Assembly: GCA_012841735.1 (NCBI GenBank)
Contig: DUUE01000078.1
Coordinates: 1-27,107, forward strand
From: Bacillota bacterium
GTDB lineage: Bacteria > Bacillota > Dethiobacteria > Dethiobacterales > Dethiobacteraceae
DNA length: 27,107 nucleotides
Reading direction: 5' to 3'
Shown: positions 6,746 through 14,850 of the stretch, piece after piece
Position numbering within the stretch: the first letter of the stretch is position 1
Layout: each line of letters starts with the position of its first letter
The notes under the pieces: generated by a model
What the model saw: only the letters and a program-made list of their open reading frames with translations
Told to the model about the DNA's origin: nothing
Databases searched by the model: none
Program-made: the position numbers and the translations under genes

Positions 6746-8411
6746 GCTCCTGTCCTCCTTTGCCGGCAAAAGGCAAGTAAATGTAGAATTCGGTACCCCC
6801 GTCCACTTCACTGGACACGCCTACGCGGCCGCCCTGCAACTCGGCCAGCGTTTTCACCAGGGCCAGTCCCAGTCCGGTGCCGCTGCGGCGCCTGCGGGTG
6901 GAACTGTCTCCCTGGCGGAAACGTTCAAAAATGTGGGGCAAAAATTCCGGGGCTATGCCTTCGCCGTTATCTTTGACGGTTATAACGGCAAAATCGTCTT
7001 CCGCTGCCGCCGATACATGGATCTCGCCCCCGTCTTTGGAAAATTTAATGGCATTGGAAATGAGGTTAAAGATCATCTGGCGGATGCGTTCCGGATCCCC
7101 GTACACCAACGGCAGGTTAACCGGGTGAACATGCAGAGTAACATTATTTTGGTAAGCAATAGCCGACATGGTCCGCCGTACCACACGGAAAATATCATTC
7201 AGATCCACCTGTTCCCTCTCCAGGCGCAGGTGACCTGCATCATATTTGGCCATGTCCAGGATATCGCTGATTAGCATCATCAGCTGTTGGGAACTTGTTT
7301 TGATATCCATCAGGTTTTCCCGCTGCTCCTCATTGAGGGGGCCGGGGATCTCATCCAGGAGCAGTTCGGAAAAAGCCACAATGGAGGTAAGGGGTGTTTT
7401 CAGCTCATGGGTAATGGTGGCCATAAACTCGCTTTTCAGACGGTTATTCTCGGAAAGTTTCTGGTTCAGCTGTGACAGGATCTTTTGGCCTTCCTTCAGG
7501 CGCAGATTGGCCACTTCCAGTTCCCTGGTGCGTGTTCTGACTTTACGCTCCATATTCTGGTATAAATCTTTAAATTTCGCCAACATGGCGGAAAATTCCT
7601 GCGCCAGGGTGGCAACTTCCCCGTAGGCGGGCACATCGGCAAAGGATACGTCCAAATTGCCGCTGCCCGCTTGTACCGCCCTGTCCTTGAGCTCCTGCAG
7701 GGGCCGGACTACCAGGCGACCTGTGATTAAAAGCACTGCAGTCAGGATCGCCAGCCCGAGAAGGGAGCTGAAAAGCAGCAGGCTGAAACGGTTCTGACGC
7801 ACCGCAGCCAGGCTGTCCGCCATGGGAATGGTCACACTGATTGCTCCGGCCAGATCACCGACTTGAAAGCCTTCTTTGGGAAAACCGGCCACATCACTAT
7901 CCCCCGCGGGCATGCCGTGGCAATCCAGGCAGTTTTCCTCCGCAAACAGCGGCACAATATGGCGGTAGACCGGCTCCCCGTTCAATTCGGCGGTGCTGTA
8001 TACATGCACTAAAGTGGGGTCGTCTGCAAACTGCAGCAGCGCATCACGTTCAAACCCATCGGGGGCATTTTCCGGGTTGCGGACCTGAAGCCTGGTTTGC
8101 TTGATGCTGTAGTCTGTCCGCTCAGCCAGGATGTCGCCCACCCCTTTGCCCACCCTTGCCGGGTTCAGGTGCTTAAATTCAAAATTGCCTTCACTGTTAT
8201 AATTAATCCAGTCCTGCTGGGAGGCAATATAAGAGCGCACTGCAATAAACTGTTCCGTAATTACTTCCGCCTGGGTGTGCAGCTTGTCCAGTTCACTGTT
8301 ATAGTAAAACCTGCTGCTGACAACATAATCCAGGAGAAGCAGGGCAATAAACAAAAGGCTGATGATAAAAAAATACCGTCCACCCAGGGTATTACGCCGC
8401 GGCAAATACAT
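6735..8411 (-). CDS. Membrane sensor histidine kinase with extracytoplasmic heme-c domain (DUF3365/Tll0287-like), HAMP, HisKA, HATPase
   Basis: Two hydrophobic segments flank a domain with RNPENAPDGFE, CLDCH and GDLAGAISVTIP; H-box THELKTPL; N, G1, F and G2 boxes present. Confidence 0.9.
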   Translation of the reverse strand: MYLPRRNTLGGRYFFIISLLFIALLLLDYVVSSRFYYNSELDKLHTQAEVITEQFIAVRSYIASQQDWINYNSEGNFEFKHLNPARVGKGVGDILAERTDYSIKQTRLQVRNPENAPDGFERDALLQFADDPTLVHVYSTAELNGEPVYRHIVPLFAEENCLDCHGMPAGDSDVAGFPKEGFQVGDLAGAISVTIPMADSLAAVRQNRFSLLLFSSLLGLAILTAVLLITGRLVVRPLQELKDRAVQAGSGNLDVSFADVPAYGEVATLAQEFSAMLAKFKDLYQNMERKVRTRTRELEVANLRLKEGQKILSQLNQKLSENNRLKSEFMATITHELKTPLTSIVAFSELLLDEIPGPLNEEQRENLMDIKTSSQQLMMLISDILDMAKYDAGHLRLEREQVDLNDIFRVVRRTMSAIAYQNNVTLHVHPVNLPLVYGDPERIRQMIFNLISNAIKFSKDGGEIHVSAAAEDDFAVITVKDNGEGIAPEFLPHIFERFRQGDSSTRRRRSGTGLGLALVKTLAELQGGRVGVSSEVDGGTEFYIYLPFAGKGGQEHEQ

Positions 8412-8490
8412 AATGAAAAAACCACCTTTGTCTGGTCACCACAGTTTCTGTGGTTTTCGACAGAAGTGGCAGAAAATCCTTTTTAGTGCC

Positions 8491-8510
8491 AAAACAGGCT
8501 GCCCTGTTTA
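8491..8510 (-). terminator. Weak terminator-like hairpin overlapping the lipoprotein stop
   Basis: AAACAGG-GCAG-CCTGTTT(T) on the minus strand. Confidence 0.4.
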
Positions 8511-9473
8511 GCGTACTTCTATTTTTTTGCACAAACTGTCCGGCAGCTTTTCTTCTTCGTAGTAGAGGGTAACATTGGCATAAGCCAGGGAAGGATTGTT
8601 TTTGTTTACCCCGAAAAGATCCAGCCGTTCTTTCAGCACATCTACCAGCTCATTGATGAACGCACCCATTCTGTTGAGCAGCGCCATCTCGCCGTCTGTC
8701 AGTCTGCCCTGAAAAACGGCGCTGTAAACAAGCTCCAGGTGCAGCGGGTTGCCCAGTTCATCGGTCTGGTAGTTCAGGTTCACGCTTGCCTGCGTTGACT
8801 CCGCCTCCGTTTTTGCCCGGTCCCTGTCAGGCAGTGCCAGGCTGATACTGTAAGCAAATGATTGCGGCAGCGGTTCCAGAGTCCGTTCAATCACCAGGCT
8901 GCCCGCCACGTCAGCCATGCCCGCTTCCACCTCTTCAATTGCCGCCACCAGTGCTTCGGGGTTTTTGTCAATCACATAGAATTCATGCAGCCGCGACACC
9001 GCACCGAGACGTTTTAGCGCAACCAGGGAAATACGCTGCTCCTCCTCAACAGCGGCGGGATAAGCTTCCTGTTCCCAGGAACAGTGAACATTGTCACTTA
9101 CATAGGTGTTTTCCGGCAATAACAGTTTCTCGGGCGTCACCTTCATCAGGTACTCCCTGGCTTCTCCGGCCGATGTGAAAGTACGGGGAAGCTCCGCCTC
9201 CCTGACATACTCTTCCACCGCATCTCCCGCCGCCCCGTAAGCGACAAAACGGCGGAAAAATATTTTATTCCCGCCTGTCAGGCCTTCTTCCAGCAAGACG
9301 CTATAAGGAAAGCCGGGAACAGGAACAAAATCAATATCCGCCAAACGTGTAACTTTATCATCTTCCAAAATATCCAGCTCGGCATCCTGGGGTGGCAGGT
9401 TGTTCAGCTCCAGGGCGGCGCACCCGGTTAATGCCGGCAGTATTAACAGCAAGATAAGAAAAAATTTTTTCAT
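8508..9473 (-). CDS. Lipoprotein of unknown function
   Basis: MKKFFLILLLILPALTG-C signal peptide II/lipobox; RBS AGAAGGAG; acidic mature part with no motif I recognise. Confidence 0.75.
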   Translation of the reverse strand: MKKFFLILLLILPALTGCAALELNNLPPQDAELDILEDDKVTRLADIDFVPVPGFPYSVLLEEGLTGGNKIFFRRFVAYGAAGDAVEEYVREAELPRTFTSAGEAREYLMKVTPEKLLLPENTYVSDNVHCSWEQEAYPAAVEEEQRISLVALKRLGAVSRLHEFYVIDKNPEALVAAIEEVEAGMADVAGSLVIERTLEPLPQSFAYSISLALPDRDRAKTEAESTQASVNLNYQTDELGNPLHLELVYSAVFQGRLTDGEMALLNRMGAFINELVDVLKERLDLFGVNKNNPSLAYANVTLYYEEEKLPDSLCKKIEVR

Positions 9474-9513
9474 CTCAGGCTCCTTCTGCCAAGTCACAGA
9501 GAGTGGTATTTTC

Positions 9514-9522
9514 ATCATAACA
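9514..9522 (-). promoter_or_regulatory. Extended -10 element (TG-T-TATGAT) for the lipoprotein gene
   Basis: Minus strand TGTTATGAT about 40 nt upstream of the start; no good -35. Confidence 0.4.
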
Positions 9523-9573
9523 GATTAAGAATCGTGTTATGTTACTGTTTATTTACAGAATTCGCCCAAGCAA

Positions 9574-10647
9574 TTAATTTTTCTTAATATTTACGGCGGC
9601 CACTCCCAGCCCCATGACCAGCCTGCGCAGCACAGGATGATACATAAAGGGAAGTTTTATGTTTTTCAGCAGGATCTGGCGGCGCAGGCCGGCTGTTTCC
9701 CGGCGGTAACGCTCCGCAAAGCCGTCAAGCCCGTCTTCCATGCTTTTGGCGCAGGCAAGCGCACTGCGAAAAGCAAAACTGAATCCTTCCGCCGAACTGG
9801 GGCTGATCCAGCCTGCCGCCTCGCCGATGAGAGCGGCCCCGCCGCCCGCAGCCGGGAAACGCGGCACACAACGCGGGCGGGCTATAAAAGCCCCTTCCCT
9901 TTTAAGGCATTCATTCAGCCGGTAACCATAGGCGGCAAGTCTTTGCTTCAACTCGCCGAAAGCAACGGCGGCACTCCTGCCGGGCGCCAGGGCGGCCCCC
10001 AGAATAAGCGTCTCCCCTTTGGGAATAGTCCACCCGTAAAAATCGGTAATCCGGGGATCAAAAAAGACTGAAAAATATGGAGGTGCCGCCTGCGCCGGAA
10101 ACCATTCCTGCATAGCCGCATAAAACTTTTGTTCAGTCCCCCCGGCAAAAAGTTTTCTGCCCACCAGGGACAGGGCTCCGTCTGCACCGACAATGCACCG
10201 TGCATTGGCTGTGCACCTTTCCCCTGCCCGTATAAACTGCAGCCTGTAAAAGCTGCCTTCCCGGCGTACATCTTTCACTACGGCAGGGCAGCAGACATCC
10301 ACCGTGTCCGGAATTAATGACACCAGCCAGCGGTCAAATTTTTCCCGGTCCATATTGAGGTAAAAACGCTGGTAATAACGCTCCTGTCCACTCTGCAAAT
10401 CTATGGTGCGCACAACAAAAAGCTGCGGCCCCACCAGCACATCCTTGGGCAGGGCAAGTCCCATCATGCCCAGGGTCTTCTGGGCATCGGGAGCCAAAAG
10501 TCCCCCGCAGCATTTGCGTGCCGGGGTGCTGCCGGCCGGCCGCAACAGGTCCCGCCGGTCGAGGAGCAAAATACGACGGCGGCGTCCCAGCAGCCTGGCC
10601 AGCGTGGCTCCCGCCGGTCCGCCACCCACAATGGCAAGATCATACAT
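9574..10647 (-). CDS. FAD-dependent oxidoreductase, geranylgeranyl-reductase superfamily, CbrA/YidS-like
   Basis: YDLAIVGGGPAG Rossmann motif; CGGLLAPDAQ, PQLFVVRTID, YQRFYLNMDREKFDRW and LIGEAAGWISPSSAEG closely follow E. coli CbrA as I recall it. Start ATG 10647. Confidence 0.85.
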   Translation of the reverse strand: MYDLAIVGGGPAGATLARLLGRRRRILLLDRRDLLRPAGSTPARKCCGGLLAPDAQKTLGMMGLALPKDVLVGPQLFVVRTIDLQSGQERYYQRFYLNMDREKFDRWLVSLIPDTVDVCCPAVVKDVRREGSFYRLQFIRAGERCTANARCIVGADGALSLVGRKLFAGGTEQKFYAAMQEWFPAQAAPPYFSVFFDPRITDFYGWTIPKGETLILGAALAPGRSAAVAFGELKQRLAAYGYRLNECLKREGAFIARPRCVPRFPAAGGGAALIGEAAGWISPSSAEGFSFAFRSALACAKSMEDGLDGFAERYRRETAGLRRQILLKNIKLPFMYHPVLRRLVMGLGVAAVNIKKN

Positions 10648-11341
10648 CCCCCGGCATCCCCCCTGTATTTTCCTGCTGTCCCTGCGACAGCCCCACCAGA
10701 AGCGCCTCCAATTCCGCCACTGTCCGCACCAGGTGGTCAGGTTTTTCGGCGACAAGTTCTCCTTCATCGCCATAGCCGTACAGGACGGCAACCGGTTTTA
10801 TCCCGTTTTCCCGGGCGGCAATAATATCATATTTACGGTCTCCCACCATCACCGCCTGTGCCCGCTCCGCCTCCGGTATGCACCCCAGCACTTGCGCCAC
10901 AATGTCGGTTTTAACCGGTATCCTGCCGTCATCCCGGGCACCGGCCACTGCGGTGAAATAAGGTGTAAGCCCCATGTGTTGCAGCACCTTTTCCGCCATG
11001 GAAGCAAGTTTCAGCGTCGCCACATACAGACGGCATCCTGTGGCCTGCAGTTTTTCCAGCATACCGGTAATTCCCGGGTATACTCTGTTTTCATACAGGC
11101 CAACCTGCAGGTGATGTTTCCGGTAAACACGGACGGCCTCTTCAGCCTGTCTGCTGTCGAAGCCGCAGACAACCTGGAAAGATTCCACCAGAGGCGGGCC
11201 GATAAAGACCCGGCAGGAATCTGCATCAAGCTCCTCGCTGCCAAAATGCTGCAGGGTATGGTTGAGAGAATGCAAAATGCCCTGTGCCGGGTCTGTCAGC
11301 GTACCGTCCAGATCAAAAAGAAAATGTTTATACAAAAACAA
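10640..11341 (-). CDS. HAD-superfamily hydrolase (phosphoglycolate phosphatase/5'-nucleotidase-like)
   Basis: Motif I FDLDGTLTD, motif II VAT, motif IV MVGDRKYD; TTG start after GGGAG. Confidence 0.92.
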   Translation of the reverse strand: MFLYKHFLFDLDGTLTDPAQGILHSLNHTLQHFGSEELDADSCRVFIGPPLVESFQVVCGFDSRQAEEAVRVYRKHHLQVGLYENRVYPGITGMLEKLQATGCRLYVATLKLASMAEKVLQHMGLTPYFTAVAGARDDGRIPVKTDIVAQVLGCIPEAERAQAVMVGDRKYDIIAARENGIKPVAVLYGYGDEGELVAEKPDHLVRTVAELEALLVGLSQGQQENTGGMPGDV

Positions 11342-11355
11342 TCACTCCCGCCCGT

Positions 11356-12504
11356 TCATTCGTGCCTGCCGCCCGTTGGTTCCGGTCCGAAATACTGGTA
11401 AAAGTGGCATTCAATCCTGCCGTTATACAACTTTCTTTTTTTTGCCGCCGGGCGGCCAAAAAGCCGCTCAAAGCCTTTATGCGATGTAAGGACAAAACAG
11501 GACCAGGTGGGCAGCTGCTCACGGAGCAACCTGCCCAGTTCCCGGTAGATTTTTTCCGCTTCCCGTACTTCACCCAGCCGTTCACCGTAAGGCGGGTTGC
11601 ACAGCAGGCAACCGTATTCGAAACGGGAGCGGAAAGCGGAAAAAGGCAGGCGCTGAAAATGGATCACGTTCTCCAGGCCCGCCCGGCGGGCATGGTGGCG
11701 TGCCAGGCGCAGCACTTTTTCATCAATGTCGGTGCCCAGAATACGCACTTTCCTCTCCCGGCGGGCAACTTCTTCCGCCTCCTGCCGGGCAAGACGCCAC
11801 AGGCGTTCAGGTATGCGCGACCAGTTTTCCGCGCTGAAACGGCGCCTGCCGCCGGGGGCGATATTCAAAGCCAGCAGTGCCGCCTCAATGGGTATGGTTC
11901 CCGAACCGCAAAACGGGTCGGCCAGCACTCGCTCCGGCGGCCACTTGCTCAAACGCACCAGGGCAGCCGCCAGCGTTTCCCGGAGCGGGGCGGCGGCTGC
12001 CAGCTCCCGGTAACCGCGCTTGTGCAGACCGGCGCCGCTTGTGTCAAGTGTCAGTGTAGCCCTGTCTTTCAGGAGGGCAACTTCTATTTTATAGCTTGCG
12101 CCGTTTTCGGGAAACCAGTTCCGGTGGTAAGCCTGTTTCATTTTCTCCACCACGGCTTTTTTCACAATGGCCTGGCAGTCCGGCACGCTGAAGAGCTTGG
12201 ATTTGACGGCTTTGCCGGTGACGGGGAAAGCGGCGTCGGCCGGCAGCCACTCCGGCCACGGCAAAGCTTTTGTCCCCTCAAAAAGTTCGTCAAAAGTACG
12301 GGCCTCAAACTCCCCCACCTTTACCAGCACCCTGTCGGCGGAACGCAGCCAGAGGTTGGTCCGGCAGATGGCTTCCTCATCGCCGTAAAAAGTAACACGG
12401 CCGTTTTCCACCATTTGTTCTTTATATCCCAGCTCTTTCAGTTCAGCGGCCACCACGGCCTCCAGGCCGAAAGCGGCGGTAGCAATCAGTTCAATTTTTG
12501 CCAT
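11356..12504 (-). CDS. rlmL: THUMP-domain class I SAM RNA methyltransferase (RlmL/YpsC-like, 23S rRNA m2G2445)
   Basis: LIATAAFGLEAVV, GLHKRGYR, APLRETLAAAL, DPFCGSGTIPIEAA, CNPPYGERL. Confidence 0.88.
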   Translation of the reverse strand: MAKIELIATAAFGLEAVVAAELKELGYKEQMVENGRVTFYGDEEAICRTNLWLRSADRVLVKVGEFEARTFDELFEGTKALPWPEWLPADAAFPVTGKAVKSKLFSVPDCQAIVKKAVVEKMKQAYHRNWFPENGASYKIEVALLKDRATLTLDTSGAGLHKRGYRELAAAAPLRETLAAALVRLSKWPPERVLADPFCGSGTIPIEAALLALNIAPGGRRRFSAENWSRIPERLWRLARQEAEEVARRERKVRILGTDIDEKVLRLARHHARRAGLENVIHFQRLPFSAFRSRFEYGCLLCNPPYGERLGEVREAEKIYRELGRLLREQLPTWSCFVLTSHKGFERLFGRPAAKKRKLYNGRIECHFYQYFGPEPTGGRHE

Positions 12505-12611
12505 GCATGTCTCCTTACTCTGATACGGTAATTGCCGGCAGCCGGCGCCTGCCGGCCCGGGCAGGGAAAAAGCTTGTCCGCCAGGGGCGGGTGGGAAAAT
12601 TGCAGGGTGTT

Positions 12612-12992
12612 CTAGCCTGACCCCAAGGCTTTTTCTACTGCTTTGAGGATTACTTTGCTGCTGTAGGTGGCGCCGGAAATTGTGTCTACCTGCAGCGACT
12701 GTTCTGCAATAATGCGGTCGGTTATTTTTTCCCCCGCCGCACCCCTGCCGTGGTCATGCCGCTGGATGTCAATAGCCGTAATTTTCCCGCCGGCCACAGT
12801 CACTGTCAGTTCCACACCAATGGGGCCGGCTTGTATGCTGCCGGGGTAAACCCCGTCGGCAACCTGCCCGGGGTTAATTTCACCAATCTCCATCATTTGG
12901 ATACCCCTGATGCCCCGCCAGAAAGCAATTGCCGCGCCACCGGCAAACAGCACAACCAGCGCCAGTAAAACAGGCAATACTTTTTTTCTCAT
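12612..12992 (-). CDS. Membrane-anchored FMN-binding domain protein (flavinylation substrate)
   Basis: N-terminal hydrophobic anchor; GGKITAIDI and C-terminal VDTISGATYSS flavinylation motif. Confidence 0.88.
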   Translation of the reverse strand: MRKKVLPVLLALVVLFAGGAAIAFWRGIRGIQMMEIGEINPGQVADGVYPGSIQAGPIGVELTVTVAGGKITAIDIQRHDHGRGAAGEKITDRIIAEQSLQVDTISGATYSSKVILKAVEKALGSG

Positions 12993-13085
12993 CTTGCAGC
13001 GCCTCCTCCGCTTACTCCCGTTTAAAAATACCAGCTCTTACCTGCTATCCCGCAGGCTGCTTCTGGCAACTGAGAACAGGAAGTT

Positions 13086-13565
13086 CTAACCTGACCCCCC
13101 GAAGAGAGCGGCGCTGAGCCTGTCTATCCCGGCCCGCGAAATATTTTCCACAGTCCGGTCTACCCCTGCAATTTTTTTCACTATGGCCCGTTCAAGGAAA
13201 TTCATTTTTTCAAAATAATAGGCATACCCCAGGTGTTCAACAGCTCTGGCGGCGGCAAGCAACTCTGCGGGAAACGCGGCCTGCAGCTGTGCTGCCACAG
13301 CGGCTGCATTGGCACAGCAGAGAAAAAGGCCCACCTTTTTTTCCAGGAGCTGTGAAAGGTATGCCCGGCAAAAAGTTGCCGTTTCTTTCTGTATTTTCCC
13401 CATGCGGATGGAGCCGCCTATAATCACAGTATCATAACCGGACGGGTCCGCCTGGCATTTCTGCAGGTTGGCCAGTGTAATCCCGCCGGGTGCCTGGGCT
13501 GCCAGCATTTCGGCACATTTCTGCGTACACCCGTGCCTGCCGGCATAAACAATGAGTGTCTTCAC
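13086..13565 (-). CDS. Flavodoxin-domain protein (Flavodoxin_5/HemG-like)
   Basis: KTLIVYAGRHGCTQKCAE, YDTVIIGGSIRMG, KKVGLFLC, MNFLERAIVKK; GTG start at 13565. Confidence 0.85.
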   Translation of the reverse strand: MKTLIVYAGRHGCTQKCAEMLAAQAPGGITLANLQKCQADPSGYDTVIIGGSIRMGKIQKETATFCRAYLSQLLEKKVGLFLCCANAAAVAAQLQAAFPAELLAAARAVEHLGYAYYFEKMNFLERAIVKKIAGVDRTVENISRAGIDRLSAALFGGSG

Positions 13566-13682
13566 CGCTCTCACCCCAAAAGATAATATTAACCGGATAT
13601 TTATTGTAACATTGTTACCACGGGAACACAATATTTCTCCTGCGCTGCCGCAAATAACCGGCGGCAGTTTGCCCGGGGACGC

Positions 13683-13710
13683 AAAAACGCAGGGAAATCC
13701 TGCGTTTTTT
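13683..13710. terminator. Bidirectional intrinsic terminator ending the chemosensory operon
   Basis: AAAAACGCAGG-GAAAT-CCTGCGTTTTT perfect 11-bp repeat with T tracts on both strands, about 45 nt after the HD-GYP stop. Confidence 0.85.
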
Positions 13711-13754
13711 GGCAAATCTGTATTTACCTCTGAAACAGACTGCTGCCCGTTTTG

Positions 13755-14810
13755 TTACAGCATTTTTACAATGCGGATGTTTTTTTCCCTGGCCAGGTCT
13801 ATTATTCCCGCTTTGGTTCTGACAACGGGGCTGGCGGTATCATGCGGGGGGATATAAAGGATTTTTCCTTTTTCACCCGTATTGAAAAGCACTTCCGCCC
13901 CTACATAATAAGTAACAATATTTTTCAGGAAAGTCAAAAGGACCAGCGGATCAAACATTTTCATGCCCACAGTGCTGAACAACTCAAAGGCGGCAAAGGG
14001 CGTCAGACTGTCTTTATACGGGCGGGGAGTGATCATGGCATCGTAAACGTCGGCTACAGCCACAATCCTGGCATAAATGTTGATAAAATGCGGGCCGGCC
14101 TGGTAGGGATAACCGGAACAGTCTATACGCTCATGGTGCAGGAGTGCCACCCGTTTCACATCTTCATCCAGTTGATCTGTCCCGGACAACATTTCATAGC
14201 CAAACACAGTATGTTTCTTTATTTCCTCGTATTCTTCCCTGGTCAGGATGGTCTGCTTGTTGAGAATATGGGCAGGTATCCGGACTTTGCCGATATCGTG
14301 CAGCAGAGCGCTCTGAATCAGTTTTTCAATTTCACCGGAAGAAAGTTTCAGCCATTTGCCTGTCAGCATGGCATAAAAAGCCGTGTTTAAACTGTGGGCA
14401 TATGTATGCTCATCAATGTTTTGCAGCGTGCAGAGAGACTGTACTACCAGTTCTGTTTCCTGGATTTTGCTGTGGACAAAAGTGGAGACTTGGGACAGTT
14501 GTTCTACATCCAGCTTGTTTCCTGCAGCCAGGCTTGTAATTATTTCTTTCAAGTCACTGTGAGATGCGCCGTATTGCCGGTGAAATTCGGACTGTTTCGG
14601 GTTTTTCTGCAGGGAAGCAAAGAAAGGCGGGCCGTCTTCATATTCATACACAAAAACTTCCCGGACCCCGATTTCAATCAGTTTTTCCTGGATATACGGA
14701 TTGATTACCGTATCTTTTACCAGCATTTTAACACCGTTGTCAGCAATAATGTCATGTGCCAGGACATCTCCTGCCATGCAGTCAAAAATGGAAATTTTTC
14801 TTTTTTTCAA
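13755..14810 (-). CDS. HD-GYP c-di-GMP phosphodiesterase
   Basis: TYAHSLN, LLHDIGK, HHERIDCSGYP, IVAVADVYDAM; clostridial-type N-terminal domain; TTG start after AGGAGG. Confidence 0.92.
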   Translation of the reverse strand: MKKRKISIFDCMAGDVLAHDIIADNGVKMLVKDTVINPYIQEKLIEIGVREVFVYEYEDGPPFFASLQKNPKQSEFHRQYGASHSDLKEIITSLAAGNKLDVEQLSQVSTFVHSKIQETELVVQSLCTLQNIDEHTYAHSLNTAFYAMLTGKWLKLSSGEIEKLIQSALLHDIGKVRIPAHILNKQTILTREEYEEIKKHTVFGYEMLSGTDQLDEDVKRVALLHHERIDCSGYPYQAGPHFINIYARIVAVADVYDAMITPRPYKDSLTPFAAFELFSTVGMKMFDPLVLLTFLKNIVTYYVGAEVLFNTGEKGKILYIPPHDTASPVVRTKAGIIDLAREKNIRIVKML

Positions 14811-14850
14811 GGGATACTCTCCTCCTGCTGCCGCTTCTCAGGCGGACAGA

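Noticed and set aside
8456-8462. TGTCGAA as a stand-alone Spo0A box call
   Set aside because: The heptamer also occurs inside two coding regions (about 6680 and 11155); three hits is about chance level for 27 kb, so it is not listed as a feature.
8474-8492. TGGCAC as a sigma54 -24 box upstream of the heme kinase
   Set aside because: No TTGC at the -12 position (AGGA instead).
11284-12531. 415-aa + strand ORF (and 10403-11401, 332 aa)
   Set aside because: Antisense to well-supported rlmL, HAD and flavoprotein genes; long stop-free reverse frames are common at this GC content.
13676-13690. GGGACGCAAAA resembling the c-di-GMP-I riboswitch core next to an HD-GYP gene
   Set aside because: The A run is the arm of the terminator hairpin; no upstream GCAAACC/GNRA P2 stem, and it is on the wrong strand for the adjacent genes.
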